Below, piece by piece: positions 18,696 through 27,901 of a DNA stretch of 64,000 nt. Position 1 is the first letter of the stretch. Every line of letters begins with the position of its first letter. The stretch is taken from NCBI GenBank assembly GCA_913054235.1, contig CAJXJI010000001.1:6868-70867 (forward strand), in the 5' to 3' direction. The position numbers were made by a program, and so were the translations under genes. This DNA is from an uncultured bacterium (GTDB lineage Bacteria; Patescibacteriota; Minisyncoccia; Minisyncoccales; UBA10102). The notes below the pieces were generated by a model. It did not search any database and was not told the DNA's origin. It worked only from the letters and a program-made list of their open reading frames with translations.

Positions 18696-18799
18696 ATATA
18701 TATACCCCATGTACATGAGGTGCATATATATGGATCAGAAGCGCTTGACTCCACTTGTAAGACTTCGTGAGCGCTACTCCTGATCCAATTGTTATAGTA
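18690..18799 (-). promoter_or_regulatory. murB 5' leader with two overlapping alternative hairpins
   Basis: -10 TACTAT (18794-18799); hairpin A 18731-18787 and hairpin B 18690-18735 share AUCCA; B covers the ATG. Confidence 0.5.
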
Positions 18800-18817
18800 T
18801 CAAAAAACCCTTTAGAA

Positions 18818-18887
18818 AGCAAAAAACCTCGATTGAACAAGGTTTTCTGCCGTCTTACGTAGAGCACCCCGAAGGGTAACACTCACA
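18818..18887 (-). ncRNA. candidate ~70-nt small RNA with cUUCGg hairpin
   Basis: Promoter TTGACA(18916-21)-17-TATAAA(18893-98); UACCC-UUCG-GGGUG hairpin; terminator 18820-18846. Confidence 0.45.
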
Positions 18888-19181
18888 CTCCCTTTATACC
18901 TTATACATCTAATTTTGTCAATCCCCTCCCTCCGAATGGTTTTACCTCCCAAATAATCCTTGAATAAAACTTGTAAGGCCAGCAGCGCCAGATATGGTTT
19001 GTGCAAGAAAGTTGTAGTAGCGAACAGACATCTGACAGGACAATATAGATAAGGATAATCTCTCTTGAACGAAGACTATATTATTTCCCTTGAACTACTT
19101 GATAAGGAAATACTATAATTATAATTGGTAATAGAGAGGCCTACGTAGAATAAGAATTTTGATTTTTACTTAAATCTAAAG

Positions 19182-19190
19182 TTATCCACA
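19182..19190 (+). promoter_or_regulatory. perfect DnaA box
   Basis: TTATCCACA in intergenic DNA. Confidence 0.35.
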
Positions 19191-19201
19191 GCTTGACCGA
19201 G

Positions 19202-20911
19202 TCAAGGCAGAAATGAATTGATTTTCGCTCGAGTAAAGAATCCAACATACCCATTTCCCTTTGCAAGATTTACAGGAGTTAAAATATCATCGGCATACTT
19301 TTCCTGAAACCGAATTACCGCATTGAGAGTTAGGGGACCAAAGTTTCCCGTTACTAAACCTTCAGGATAAATCTCCTCTCCTTGTGCTTTCAAAAACTCC
19401 TGTAAACAACTAACTTTTCCTCCTTTCATACCAAAAAACAGGTTGCCAGAAATACTGTTGCAAGCTACCTTCACTCCTCCAAGTTTAAGAGCAAGCTCTG
19501 TCTGGAGTCTTGCTATCTCTTTGCGTAAAAACTCAATCTGGCTTAATAGCTGTGAAATAAGGGCATCTTCTTCTTGCGGCGTTCTGCTTGAAGCCGTCGC
19601 AACAAAAGAAAAAGGATGCGACAAGTAAGGCTCCTCTAGCTTAGTGCTCTTGGTCTTTGAAAAAGGAAGAAAGATAATTGAGCGAACCTCACTATTAAAC
19701 TTTGGCAGCACCACGCTCCCTCCTCCCTCAAGATTTAATTCTAAGGTATGCACAGAAAATGTGCGATCAACATTCTCTATAATATATGGGACATCAAACA
19801 GGGCAGATGAATTTCCTTGAAACTTCACTTCCAGAACTTCCTGCCCTCCCAATATCTTTACCCAATTTCCAGCCCAATCTTTCGTAGAGTTGTTTAGCGT
19901 TAAGGTGCTGTTTCCAACTCCCGGAAGAAAATTGGTCTGAGGAATAATTCTAAAGTTTACCAAATGCGGGTTGTGGTAGCAATAGCGTTCCCCGTAGGAA
20001 CAATCATTTAAAAACAATGCTATGAGCCAATCAGAAAACACCTGAGTAAAGGTCTTCTCAAATTTGCCTTTCGCTAATGCGTCGTTTAAGGAAACAATCC
20101 CCACTTCGTGGGAATTTAAAGAATCTGCTAAGACCTGCACCCCATATTGATCAACTAAATACTGAGAAAACAAATGCACTGCTCCATAGTCTACAGTTAT
20201 ATTAAACCACTCTGTGAGTGAATTGGTGGAGTCGGAAAGAAAGTTTTCAACCCTTTGTTTTACCACACTGGTTTCATATGAGAGATCGTATCCCAAAAGT
20301 GTTGAGGCATATTCAGCCCGCACTTCATTGAGCCACACTTCTTCCGTAACATCTTTTAGGCGATTCTTTTGGTTAAAGGTAATAACATGCACAAACTCAT
20401 GGGCTAAAAAACTCTTGAGCAAAGGGCTTTGCAAGTTCTTTGCATTAAGATAAATCATCTCCCGTTCATTAGACTTTGGATTCTGCAAACGCAAAAATTC
20501 GTCTCCGTAATTTGTGTATCCTCCGGCATGCTCTCTCATTTCATGAAACAGCACGGTAATAATAGGGTCATTATCAATACCGGGCTTCCATTCTGAGCCA
20601 AAGGTCTGCGTTAATCTAGGATATGCATTTTGCTCAAATTCGTCAGCTAAAGCAATAAGTGATTGTTCGCCTTGTTCTCGTGCGTTTTCAGAAAGACTAG
20701 CCCACCAAGTCTTCTCAATATAGAAATATATCGTTGAGTTGGCGACTTGAAGCACGGCGTCAAGCTCTTCTCTTTGTTTTATGTCGTATTCTGAGTCAAC
20801 AGAAAAACGCTGTTGATCACCTAAAACATCAGCTATGACCCCTAAAGGCAAAAACAAGGCGCTTAAAAGAACGCCTGCAAAAAACAGTTTACTGAGATTT
20901 TGAACTTGCAT
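19202..20911 (-). CDS. secreted zinc metallopeptidase (HEXXH, M30/M6-like) with C-terminal peptidoglycan-binding domain
   Basis: Signal peptide from MQVQ; AHEFVH..WLNE; LQEFL...TGNFGPLT..AVIRFQ PG-binding motif. Confidence 0.75.
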   Translation of the reverse strand: MQVQNLSKLFFAGVLLSALFLPLGVIADVLGDQQRFSVDSEYDIKQREELDAVLQVANSTIYFYIEKTWWASLSENAREQGEQSLIALADEFEQNAYPRLTQTFGSEWKPGIDNDPIITVLFHEMREHAGGYTNYGDEFLRLQNPKSNEREMIYLNAKNLQSPLLKSFLAHEFVHVITFNQKNRLKDVTEEVWLNEVRAEYASTLLGYDLSYETSVVKQRVENFLSDSTNSLTEWFNITVDYGAVHLFSQYLVDQYGVQVLADSLNSHEVGIVSLNDALAKGKFEKTFTQVFSDWLIALFLNDCSYGERYCYHNPHLVNFRIIPQTNFLPGVGNSTLTLNNSTKDWAGNWVKILGGQEVLEVKFQGNSSALFDVPYIIENVDRTFSVHTLELNLEGGGSVVLPKFNSEVRSIIFLPFSKTKSTKLEEPYLSHPFSFVATASSRTPQEEDALISQLLSQIEFLRKEIARLQTELALKLGGVKVACNSISGNLFFGMKGGKVSCLQEFLKAQGEEIYPEGLVTGNFGPLTLNAVIRFQEKYADDILTPVNLAKGNGYVGFFTRAKINSFLP

Positions 20912-21554
20912 TGAGAAGATTTGCATATTCAACAAACTTTTCGTTATTCCCTGTTTCCAAAAAGTATGAAATAAGCCAGTTAAACAGATCAAAGTGATTA
21001 TTCGTTGCCTCAAGTCCTTTTAGAAATAAAGCTTCTATTTCCTCTGGCGATTTTAAAAGTCTAAATTGATATAGATAGCCAAGACTTCGGTATGCAGGCA
21101 CTCTATTAGGATAGGCCTCAAGGAGAGTGAGCCATGCAGTTTCTGATTCCTCGTATCTTGCCAAGTCGCTATAGATATTTGCAATGTTATTTAAGGCAGT
21201 AATGTTAGTTAAATCAAGCAAAAGCGCTTTTCCATACCACTCTAAAGCCTCCTCCTTTTCTTCCAATAGATTGAGGTTCGCTCCCATTGCCAAGAGCGCG
21301 TTTAAATCGTTTATACTATCTTCATCTTCCAAATCATCAAGCGCATTCAGTATTCCTTGAACAAATTCATCTCCCCGAGGATGCCTATCTTTTAAAGATT
21401 CATATGGCACACGGTCAATGACTACTGGGGCTAAAATATCATCACGTGTTTCTTGTTTCTTTTCTGATTGTTTTAGATTTTTTGAAGAGCTTAAAACAAA
21501 ACCAACTCCGACTAACAAAAGCACAACAATAATAACAACAATAATTTTTTGCAT
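20889..21554 (-). CDS. membrane-anchored tetratricopeptide repeat protein
   Basis: N-terminal TM; ALNNIANIY, AYRSLGYLY TPR-like helices. Confidence 0.75.
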   Translation of the reverse strand: MQKIIVVIIVVLLLVGVGFVLSSSKNLKQSEKKQETRDDILAPVVIDRVPYESLKDRHPRGDEFVQGILNALDDLEDEDSINDLNALLAMGANLNLLEEKEEALEWYGKALLLDLTNITALNNIANIYSDLARYEESETAWLTLLEAYPNRVPAYRSLGYLYQFRLLKSPEEIEALFLKGLEATNNHFDLFNWLISYFLETGNNEKFVEYANLLNASSKSQ

Positions 21555-21583
21555 ATGTTCAATATATCATAAAGAAATCCAAA

Positions 21584-21609
21584 CCAAAAGCCCCCTTAGG
21601 GGGCTTTGG
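21584..21609. terminator. GC-rich hairpin, probable terminator
   Basis: CCAAAAGCCCCC-tta-GGGGGCTTTGG. Confidence 0.6.
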
Positions 21610-21975
21610 CATCCTCACCAGGAATGGATTACTGTTGAAGTAATAAGTTCAATTGCGCTCTTGTTTTGGGGCAGAAACTCAACTGCTTGAGTTTCTGCGA
21701 GTTTGCCTGCCCCGAGTCCCCGAGAAACAGAACTATGTAAACCCAGGGCCCTGCTTTGAAAAACTGTCGAAGGCAAATCGTTTTACAAGGCAGGTACATT
21801 TACCTACTGTCCCAATAGGGAATTCAGTTGGGCGCGAGTCTTCGGGTTGCGAGTGGGATAGCCAAGGCTGCACCATTGGGTGCGTAACTGCTTCTGCTCA
21901 AGACCCTTCAGTGGAATGTGCAAATGCTGGAGGCGCATGGGATGGATTCACCTGTCTTTTTGAGCCTAAAAACCA

Positions 21976-22039
21976 AACCCCACCCCCCTTTTGAGGGGTG
22001 GGGCTGGAATCCTCATCTTGCTTTAGCTGAGGCAAGATG
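21976..22039 (-). terminator. tandem hairpins terminating the S-layer-like gene
   Basis: CCCCACCCC-..-GGGGTGGGG and CATCTTGC-..-GCAAGATG inverted repeats just downstream of the stop. Confidence 0.7.
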
Positions 22040-22052
22040 CACAAGAGTAGGA

Positions 22053-25000
22053 TTAGTAACTGTAGGTAGGTCCTGTTGCGGCAGAACCGTAGCTATCGGT
22101 TTCTGTCTTATAGGTAGCAGCACCGGAAGTGTTTAGTGGGGTGTAATCCCAGCTAAATCCTTCAACCTGTGCTGTTGTAACCTGGTTTGGTCCTTTGGCT
22201 CCAGGAATTCTGATTCCAAAGCTTGCCGATACTGAAGTTACGAGACCTGAACTATCTTCTGCTCGCTTCACGTTTGACGTGTCAGCTTTCACTACCAATG
22301 TCATTGTTTGGCCTGCAGTTACTGTCTGCTCGGCCAAAGCCGTTACAGCAGAACGTGCATCAAATACAACAGTACCAGAACCTCTAGTAAGGTTGTAGAT
22401 GTCAGCCGGCTCAGTGCCAGCCACAGCAGCTGCGTTGGTGGAAATTCCAGATATTGCTACCTGGGTTACAGTAACTGTGTTTGCTCCAATAGAAGCAACT
22501 GTTGCTGTACCACTATCTGCAGCAGTACCCGCTATAACGTAGAGCTGATCACCAACCTGATACTTTGAAGCATCTGCAACGTCATAAGTCAAACCACTAT
22601 TTGCAGTGGCGCCATCAACGTCAGATACCGTGTACACAATGTAGGTGTCATCAGTTGCTATGGTGCCATCTACAACATCGGCTGCCATAACCATAACTGT
22701 AGAACTCGTAATACTGGCCACTGTGGTTGTTCCAGAGTTCGCTTCTGTACTTAAATCAATATAAAGGACAGAGTCACCAACTAGGAATCCAGCTGTACCA
22801 GCAACAGTAGCAGTAGCTGTACTACCTGAAGTAGCTGTAGTTCTGGTGTTTGTTGCAAGACCTGATACTTCAGCGATTATAGTATCGCCATTAAACAACT
22901 TAAAGTCTTTTACATTCCAGTCTGCGCTACTACCAAGCTTCTCTACTACCAAGCTTCTAAACGTCATGTCTCGGCTTCCAGAAGCTTTAATGCTAATGGT
23001 TCCAACAACCTGATCAAGGGCAGGTGATGCAACTCCTCCTGTTGGAAGAGAGTCACTTCCTGTGACAGTAAGCACTGGTTGCACCTCTTCATACCTCATG
23101 GTGTTACCCGTAAGGCTATTGGTGTTCGTGATCTTAGTAACATGGTCTCCAGCTGCTGCGATTGCAATTGAACCAGCAGGGCTAAAGGCAAGGCCTGAAA
23201 TTGCACTACCTGAAGCCACAGCCGTGGTCACGATTGCAAATCCTGCCTCGTTATCATCAGAGTCATATACATACACCAGATCACCTACGGCGTAAGCTAC
23301 CCCAGCGTTTGCATTTCCAAGAATGGCCTCTACCTTAGAAAGCTTGGTGATAATATCACCTGCTGCCCAAGAAGTGTCAGTTGCTTCTCCTTCAAGATCC
23401 AGGTCAGCTGATGCCAAGTTCACTGAATCATCATCCGTAGTTACCAATGCAAATCCTGGAGCTGTGGTTGTTCCAGCATCAGCTGTTACAGTCCAGTATA
23501 CAACGTCACCCACGTCTCCAGAGTAAGCATCCGTACCTGCGGTATACGCAGTTCCAGATGAAAGGGACTCTTGCGTGGTCAAACCAGAGCCTGATCCAAT
23601 TACATCAGCAGCGCTAAATCCGAGAACTCCAAGGTTTGATGCGGTCAACGTTCCAACTACCGTAGTATCCACAACTGCGGTTATTACTCGGGAACCATAT
23701 GAAGGAACAATGATCTCATTTCCTGAGCCAAAGGTAAACGTTGCAGTTCCTGCTGTGAGAGCTGTTGAAGGGTCGCTTGAAAGACCCGTGCCAAGCAACT
23801 TCACATTTGCAATGTTTCCTGCTCCATTCAATGTTCGCAGTACAAGCCTTTCTACCTTCATGTCTTCTACTGTTGCAGACAACTTAATTCTTGCCATTTC
23901 AATTCCGGTTAAACCAGGGGTCAAGAATCGGCTGGAAGCAGCTCCGGTAGAATCCATAGCAACTGTTACAGTTCCTGATTCAACAATAGTCAAAGTTCTT
24001 GCTGTCACAGTCGCTGAAGGACCCGTAATGGATGATCCAGATGTTGCACCAACTCCCGTAACATCAGCTGCATTCAGAGAAGCAATGTATGTGTCATTGG
24101 TACCTCCATCAGAAGCTGCGGTGTTTGCGCTTGCATACACATCAACCTGCACTGTCGTGGAAGCTAGAATATTCAGCTCTCCTGAGACAGTAAAGGTGTT
24201 GTTGGTAGCAGTAGGGGAGGCAATAGTGCTTCCCATCTGTGCTCCAGTGCTTGTCAGCTTTACCTTCATGTTGGTCAAACCAGTTGCAACCGCAACATCA
24301 CCTGCAGTAAGATCTACTACGATAGTAGAGATGTTTACTCCTTCAGAAGAGTTAGTTTGCATCAAGAAAGAACCAATAAGAAGCTCTGACTGACCCTCAA
24401 TCACAGTAGCAGCACCTATAGAAGCATTGTTCACAACCGTCAAGGTTGCGGTAGATGCTGTTAAGGTGTTAGTTGAGATATGAGCGTTTGCGTCAGACGC
24501 AGTTCCATAGGTGTTGGATGTCATTCTCTTATAGTACACTCGTCCTAGTCCACCAATGATGGTTTCTGCATCATCGATGCCGGTTCCAGCGTCAACCACA
24601 ACTTTTACCTTAAGTACGGTTCCAGCTGGAATAGTGTAGTACGTAGAAAATGTTACTTGGTCACCACTGTCATTTGCAGCGTTATCATCATCAAACAAAT
24701 CATCTGCTCCAGCTGACTGACTGTGAAGAGTTTGTCCTGCGTCAGTCATGAACTTAATTGTTCCAGAAAAGTCTCCATCGTCAGAGCTTCCACCAAGCTC
24801 ATAGTCAGCTCGCTGAATCTGAATATCTTCACCCTGAGCCTGAAGTTCCCAGACACCAACAACAATGTTGGCCTGTCCGATACCAAAGGTTCCTGAAGGT
24901 GAGCTACCTGACTTGTTCACGGTCAAAGTTCCCTGACTCACAGTCAAGAGGTTGTATCCTGAATTTCCAGTGGTGATGTCACCAATAGGAATTGCGGAGT

Positions 25001-26402
25001 CAACTGTTCCTGCGGCTGTTGGCAAAATACCAAGGCCAGTAGATACTCCGACTACCTGAAGATCGTAATCGTTTTGAATGATAACCTGTCCAGTTCTGTT
25101 AGAACCAGAGATTACATCAACTCGAACGGTTAAATCTTTTGTTGTTCCTTTCAAAATCGTGTAAGGCTCGGAGAGAATAAACTCAACCGACTTGCTGGTT
25201 GCTCCAGCAACCGTTGCCAACACAACTCCGTTAGGATCAACCAAATCAAAGTTTACGAGATCAGCATCAGCTGCAGTTCCATTCTGGAACAATGTCAATC
25301 TGTTAATCTTCGCGTCTTCGTTTCCAGTTGTCTCAACAAAGCGGAACTTGCTCAAAACATAATCAGTTCGTCCAATATCCACACTTACTGAGGTTGAGGT
25401 CTGTGAGACCACATCTATAGTTACTGCTCCCAAAATGCTTGAGGTGGCAGTAAGAGTCTGAAGGTTTCCATTTATAGGAAGACCTGTTGGGTCACCGTTT
25501 ATGCCAGTTACGTTAAATCCAATAGTTCCTGCAGTTGCTGCAGAGTTTACGTGCACTTGCACATTAAACGTGGTAGAGCCTCCTGCTGAGGCCACAATAG
25601 GATCTCCAGTAAATGGAATAGTTACTTTGCCATCAGCTAAAGTAACAACACTTCCGTGTCGATTACCGTTTGCGTCAACGATTAATACTCCGTCAACATT
25701 CGTGTCAATGGAAAGACCAAATCTCTCCACAGTAACAGATGTGACAGAAGCTCCACTTGCTCCTCCATTTACTTGCACCTGAACTACGGTGTTGTAAGCA
25801 GAAGATGCTCCCAATGTTCCAGCTGCTGGGTTGTTAAATCCAACTTGTACGCTGGAAGGACCGGTTGTTGGAGCTGGGGTTGGAGTACCAGGCGTTGGGC
25901 TTGGCGTTGGTGATGCTACAAACAATGCATTGATCTTTGCTCTTGAGGAAGAACCAAAGAATCCGGTTCCAGCACTCAATCCCAAAGGCTCCAATACATT
26001 TGCAGCATACTTGTCCTGAAATTTAATAACTCCGCTTCGGGTAATTGGCCCAAAGAAAGTTGTTTCATTTCCAGGAGAGCCAGCTCCAGAGTCTGCCAAT
26101 TTCGTGGCAGGGTCGGAGTTCAAGAACATCTGGAGGTACATTACGTCCTGTCCCTTAGATCCTACCGTAAGACTTGTGTCCCAGGTAAAACCAGCAGGAA
26201 TGCCAGAAACGCTTACCGTTCCAGTGTCTCCTCCGTCTATGTCTGTTAATTGCGCTTGCAATGTTGCCAATTGCGCCATAAGAGCGTCAATCTGTACCTG
26301 CAATTCAGCTGCGGTTAACGCAGAAGCTGGTGCAGGAACAGCTACGATCCCAAGCATAGCAACAACAGTTACAACGGCAAATATTTTCTTAAATCTACTC
26401 AT
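22053..26402 (-). CDS. large secreted S-layer-like/cell-surface protein with N-terminal peptidoglycan-binding-like domain
   Basis: Signal peptide, coiled coil, LQMFLN...FFGPITRSGVIKFQ motif, Pro/Thr linker, >1200 aa Thr/Ser/Gly/Ala/Val-rich beta-strand repeats. Confidence 0.8.
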   Translation of the reverse strand: MSRFKKIFAVVTVVAMLGIVAVPAPASALTAAELQVQIDALMAQLATLQAQLTDIDGGDTGTVSVSGIPAGFTWDTSLTVGSKGQDVMYLQMFLNSDPATKLADSGAGSPGNETTFFGPITRSGVIKFQDKYAANVLEPLGLSAGTGFFGSSSRAKINALFVASPTPSPTPGTPTPAPTTGPSSVQVGFNNPAAGTLGASSAYNTVVQVQVNGGASGASVTSVTVERFGLSIDTNVDGVLIVDANGNRHGSVVTLADGKVTIPFTGDPIVASAGGSTTFNVQVHVNSAATAGTIGFNVTGINGDPTGLPINGNLQTLTATSSILGAVTIDVVSQTSTSVSVDIGRTDYVLSKFRFVETTGNEDAKINRLTLFQNGTAADADLVNFDLVDPNGVVLATVAGATSKSVEFILSEPYTILKGTTKDLTVRVDVISGSNRTGQVIIQNDYDLQVVGVSTGLGILPTAAGTVDSAIPIGDITTGNSGYNLLTVSQGTLTVNKSGSSPSGTFGIGQANIVVGVWELQAQGEDIQIQRADYELGGSSDDGDFSGTIKFMTDAGQTLHSQSAGADDLFDDDNAANDSGDQVTFSTYYTIPAGTVLKVKVVVDAGTGIDDAETIIGGLGRVYYKRMTSNTYGTASDANAHISTNTLTASTATLTVVNNASIGAATVIEGQSELLIGSFLMQTNSSEGVNISTIVVDLTAGDVAVATGLTNMKVKLTSTGAQMGSTIASPTATNNTFTVSGELNILASTTVQVDVYASANTAASDGGTNDTYIASLNAADVTGVGATSGSSITGPSATVTARTLTIVESGTVTVAMDSTGAASSRFLTPGLTGIEMARIKLSATVEDMKVERLVLRTLNGAGNIANVKLLGTGLSSDPSTALTAGTATFTFGSGNEIIVPSYGSRVITAVVDTTVVGTLTASNLGVLGFSAADVIGSGSGLTTQESLSSGTAYTAGTDAYSGDVGDVVYWTVTADAGTTTAPGFALVTTDDDSVNLASADLDLEGEATDTSWAAGDIITKLSKVEAILGNANAGVAYAVGDLVYVYDSDDNEAGFAIVTTAVASGSAISGLAFSPAGSIAIAAAGDHVTKITNTNSLTGNTMRYEEVQPVLTVTGSDSLPTGGVASPALDQVVGTISIKASGSRDMTFRSLVVEKLGSSADWNVKDFKLFNGDTIIAEVSGLATNTRTTATSGSTATATVAGTAGFLVGDSVLYIDLSTEANSGTTTVASITSSTVMVMAADVVDGTIATDDTYIVYTVSDVDGATANSGLTYDVADASKYQVGDQLYVIAGTAADSGTATVASIGANTVTVTQVAISGISTNAAAVAGTEPADIYNLTRGSGTVVFDARSAVTALAEQTVTAGQTMTLVVKADTSNVKRAEDSSGLVTSVSASFGIRIPGAKGPNQVTTAQVEGFSWDYTPLNTSGAATYKTETDSYGSAATGPTYSY

Positions 26403-26510
26403 TTTTGTAATGTTTTTTTGTTTTAATTTTTATGCGACTTATCTTTGAGTTTCGACCTTTAAAAAATTATCAATCCCACAGATTGTTAAGTGGGTTCGTC
26501 CTCAAATAAA

Positions 26511-27254
26511 TTAATTGGAAATCATCCAAATATTCTCTAATGCTTTCTGGTAGTTTGCCGCCTGATATGCACCAATAGCTTCTTTGAGCAATACTTCCTG
26601 CTCACTGGTCAATGATCTTTTAAGCAAATCATTTAACTCAGATTCAACTAGAATCTTGGTTGCGCTTTTCAATCCTGATGTTTCTTCTTCTCCGATAGTA
26701 GCACCCAAAATCTGCTCTATTTGAGCTTTACCCTTTTGCAATTGTACTAGTTCTCGAGAAGCCTGTAAAGCCTTTTCAGGTTCGTTTTCCACAAGGGCTA
26801 AAAGACCTCGTGAAACCTCTGCTACGCTTAGGTTAAATTCCTCTGTTGCAGAAGCAAGATTCTTTACCTTGTTCCCCTCAACTACCCTTCTTAAGTCTGC
26901 CAAGCGTCTTTCAGCTACCTTAAAGGTAGCTGAAGAGTCACTTCCTGTGGTTGCCTTTTCAATAATAGAGCGAACCGAGTATAGGGGGTCTCCAGGAAGA
27001 CTGTTTTGTGAAACCTTATACCCAATCCCTCCAAATACCACAAATGCCAAGACTGCAAAGATATAGGCTGGTCTTTCAAGGTATCGGACATAGGATACAA
27101 GATGTCCTATCTTGTAAATAAGGCTAGGATTTTGTCCTATCTCCTTATTAGCCTCATTTGGAATACTGGTCTTAGCAAAAAGCACCCAACTGTTTCTAGG
27201 TTCAATTTCCTTTAAGCGAGATAATTTTGTTATGAGATCCTTTTCGTAGGCCAT
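26511..27254 (-). CDS. putative anti-sigma factor (DUF5667-like)
   Basis: N-terminal L..LKEIEPR, single TM, SLPGDPLY..., AERRLADL; directly downstream of ECF sigma. Confidence 0.7.
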   Translation of the reverse strand: MAYEKDLITKLSRLKEIEPRNSWVLFAKTSIPNEANKEIGQNPSLIYKIGHLVSYVRYLERPAYIFAVLAFVVFGGIGYKVSQNSLPGDPLYSVRSIIEKATTGSDSSATFKVAERRLADLRRVVEGNKVKNLASATEEFNLSVAEVSRGLLALVENEPEKALQASRELVQLQKGKAQIEQILGATIGEEETSGLKSATKILVESELNDLLKRSLTSEQEVLLKEAIGAYQAANYQKALENIWMISN

Positions 27255-27263
27255 TATAGTTAT

Positions 27264-27289
27264 GACGTAAAATAAGGGAAAGTATTACA
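27264..27289 (-). promoter_or_regulatory. ECF-sigma-type promoter
   Basis: TGTAAT-16bp-CGTC, resembling Bacillus SigX/SigW/SigM consensus, 9 nt before the anti-sigma ATG. Confidence 0.6.
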
Positions 27290-27311
27290 CTATCGGCTAT
27301 CCTAATTTGCT

Positions 27312-27815
27312 CTAAACATCCACCTTGCCCTTTAGGGCTTGAATGGCTCTATGAACCCCTACTCTCACGTTCTCCTCAGTCTTGCCGGTAATTTGAGCTA
27401 TTTCAGGCACAGTGAGCTCATCTACATATCGCCAGATAATAAGGTCCTGATAGTCTCCTTGGAGCTTTGCTATAGCCTCTTTTATCCTATCCATTTCCAA
27501 GCTTACTTCGCCCTGTTCTCTTGTTCTTTCCTGAATATCTTCAATTTCAATAGTGGTTTTCTCAATAGATACCACGGTAATCTTTTTGCTCCTATAATGG
27601 TCTGCTATGACATTCCTTGCTATTTGGTAGACAAAGGCCTGAGGATTCTCAATTACAGGATTGTTCTTTTGAATATGCCTGTATAAGCGCAAAAACACCT
27701 CAGACGACAAATCCTCTGCCGTCTCAACTAAACTAACCTTCAGGTATATAAACCGATAGATCTTGTTGACATATTGATCGTATACCTGATTAAAATATTG
27801 ATCTATTTCTTCCAT
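27312..27815 (-). CDS. ECF RNA polymerase sigma factor
   Basis: Region 2 (YDQYVNKIYRFI, AEDLSSEVF, YQIARN.IADHYR) and region 4 (EIAQITGKTE.NVRV..HRA). Confidence 0.92.
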   Translation of the reverse strand: MEEIDQYFNQVYDQYVNKIYRFIYLKVSLVETAEDLSSEVFLRLYRHIQKNNPVIENPQAFVYQIARNVIADHYRSKKITVVSIEKTTIEIEDIQERTREQGEVSLEMDRIKEAIAKLQGDYQDLIIWRYVDELTVPEIAQITGKTEENVRVGVHRAIQALKGKVDV

Positions 27816-27826
27816 ATCTATATGAA

Positions 27827-27875
27827 TGTCCTACCGCATATGATAGGACAAATAGCCTACAAAGTCAATGTCCTA
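27827..27875 (-). promoter_or_regulatory. sigma-70 promoter of ECF gene overlapped by three TAGGACA/TGTCCTA operator boxes
   Basis: TTGACT-17-TATCAT on minus; boxes at 27827-33, 27844-50 (inverted) and 27869-75. Confidence 0.6.
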
Positions 27876-27901
27876 GTTTTATGCACAGTTATTCCCCAGT
27901 T

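Noticed and set aside
18983-19040. AGCGCCAGA...TGACAGG resembling the glmS ribozyme 5' core
   Set aside because: Lacks GACGAGG and UCGGCGG core elements, is far from glmS, and pairing favours the opposite strand
27879-27899. Degenerate DnaA-like boxes (TTATGCACA, TTATTCCCC) and single perfect box at 19182 as oriC
   Set aside because: Too few boxes, no dnaA/dnaN nearby, and gene strand bias does not switch
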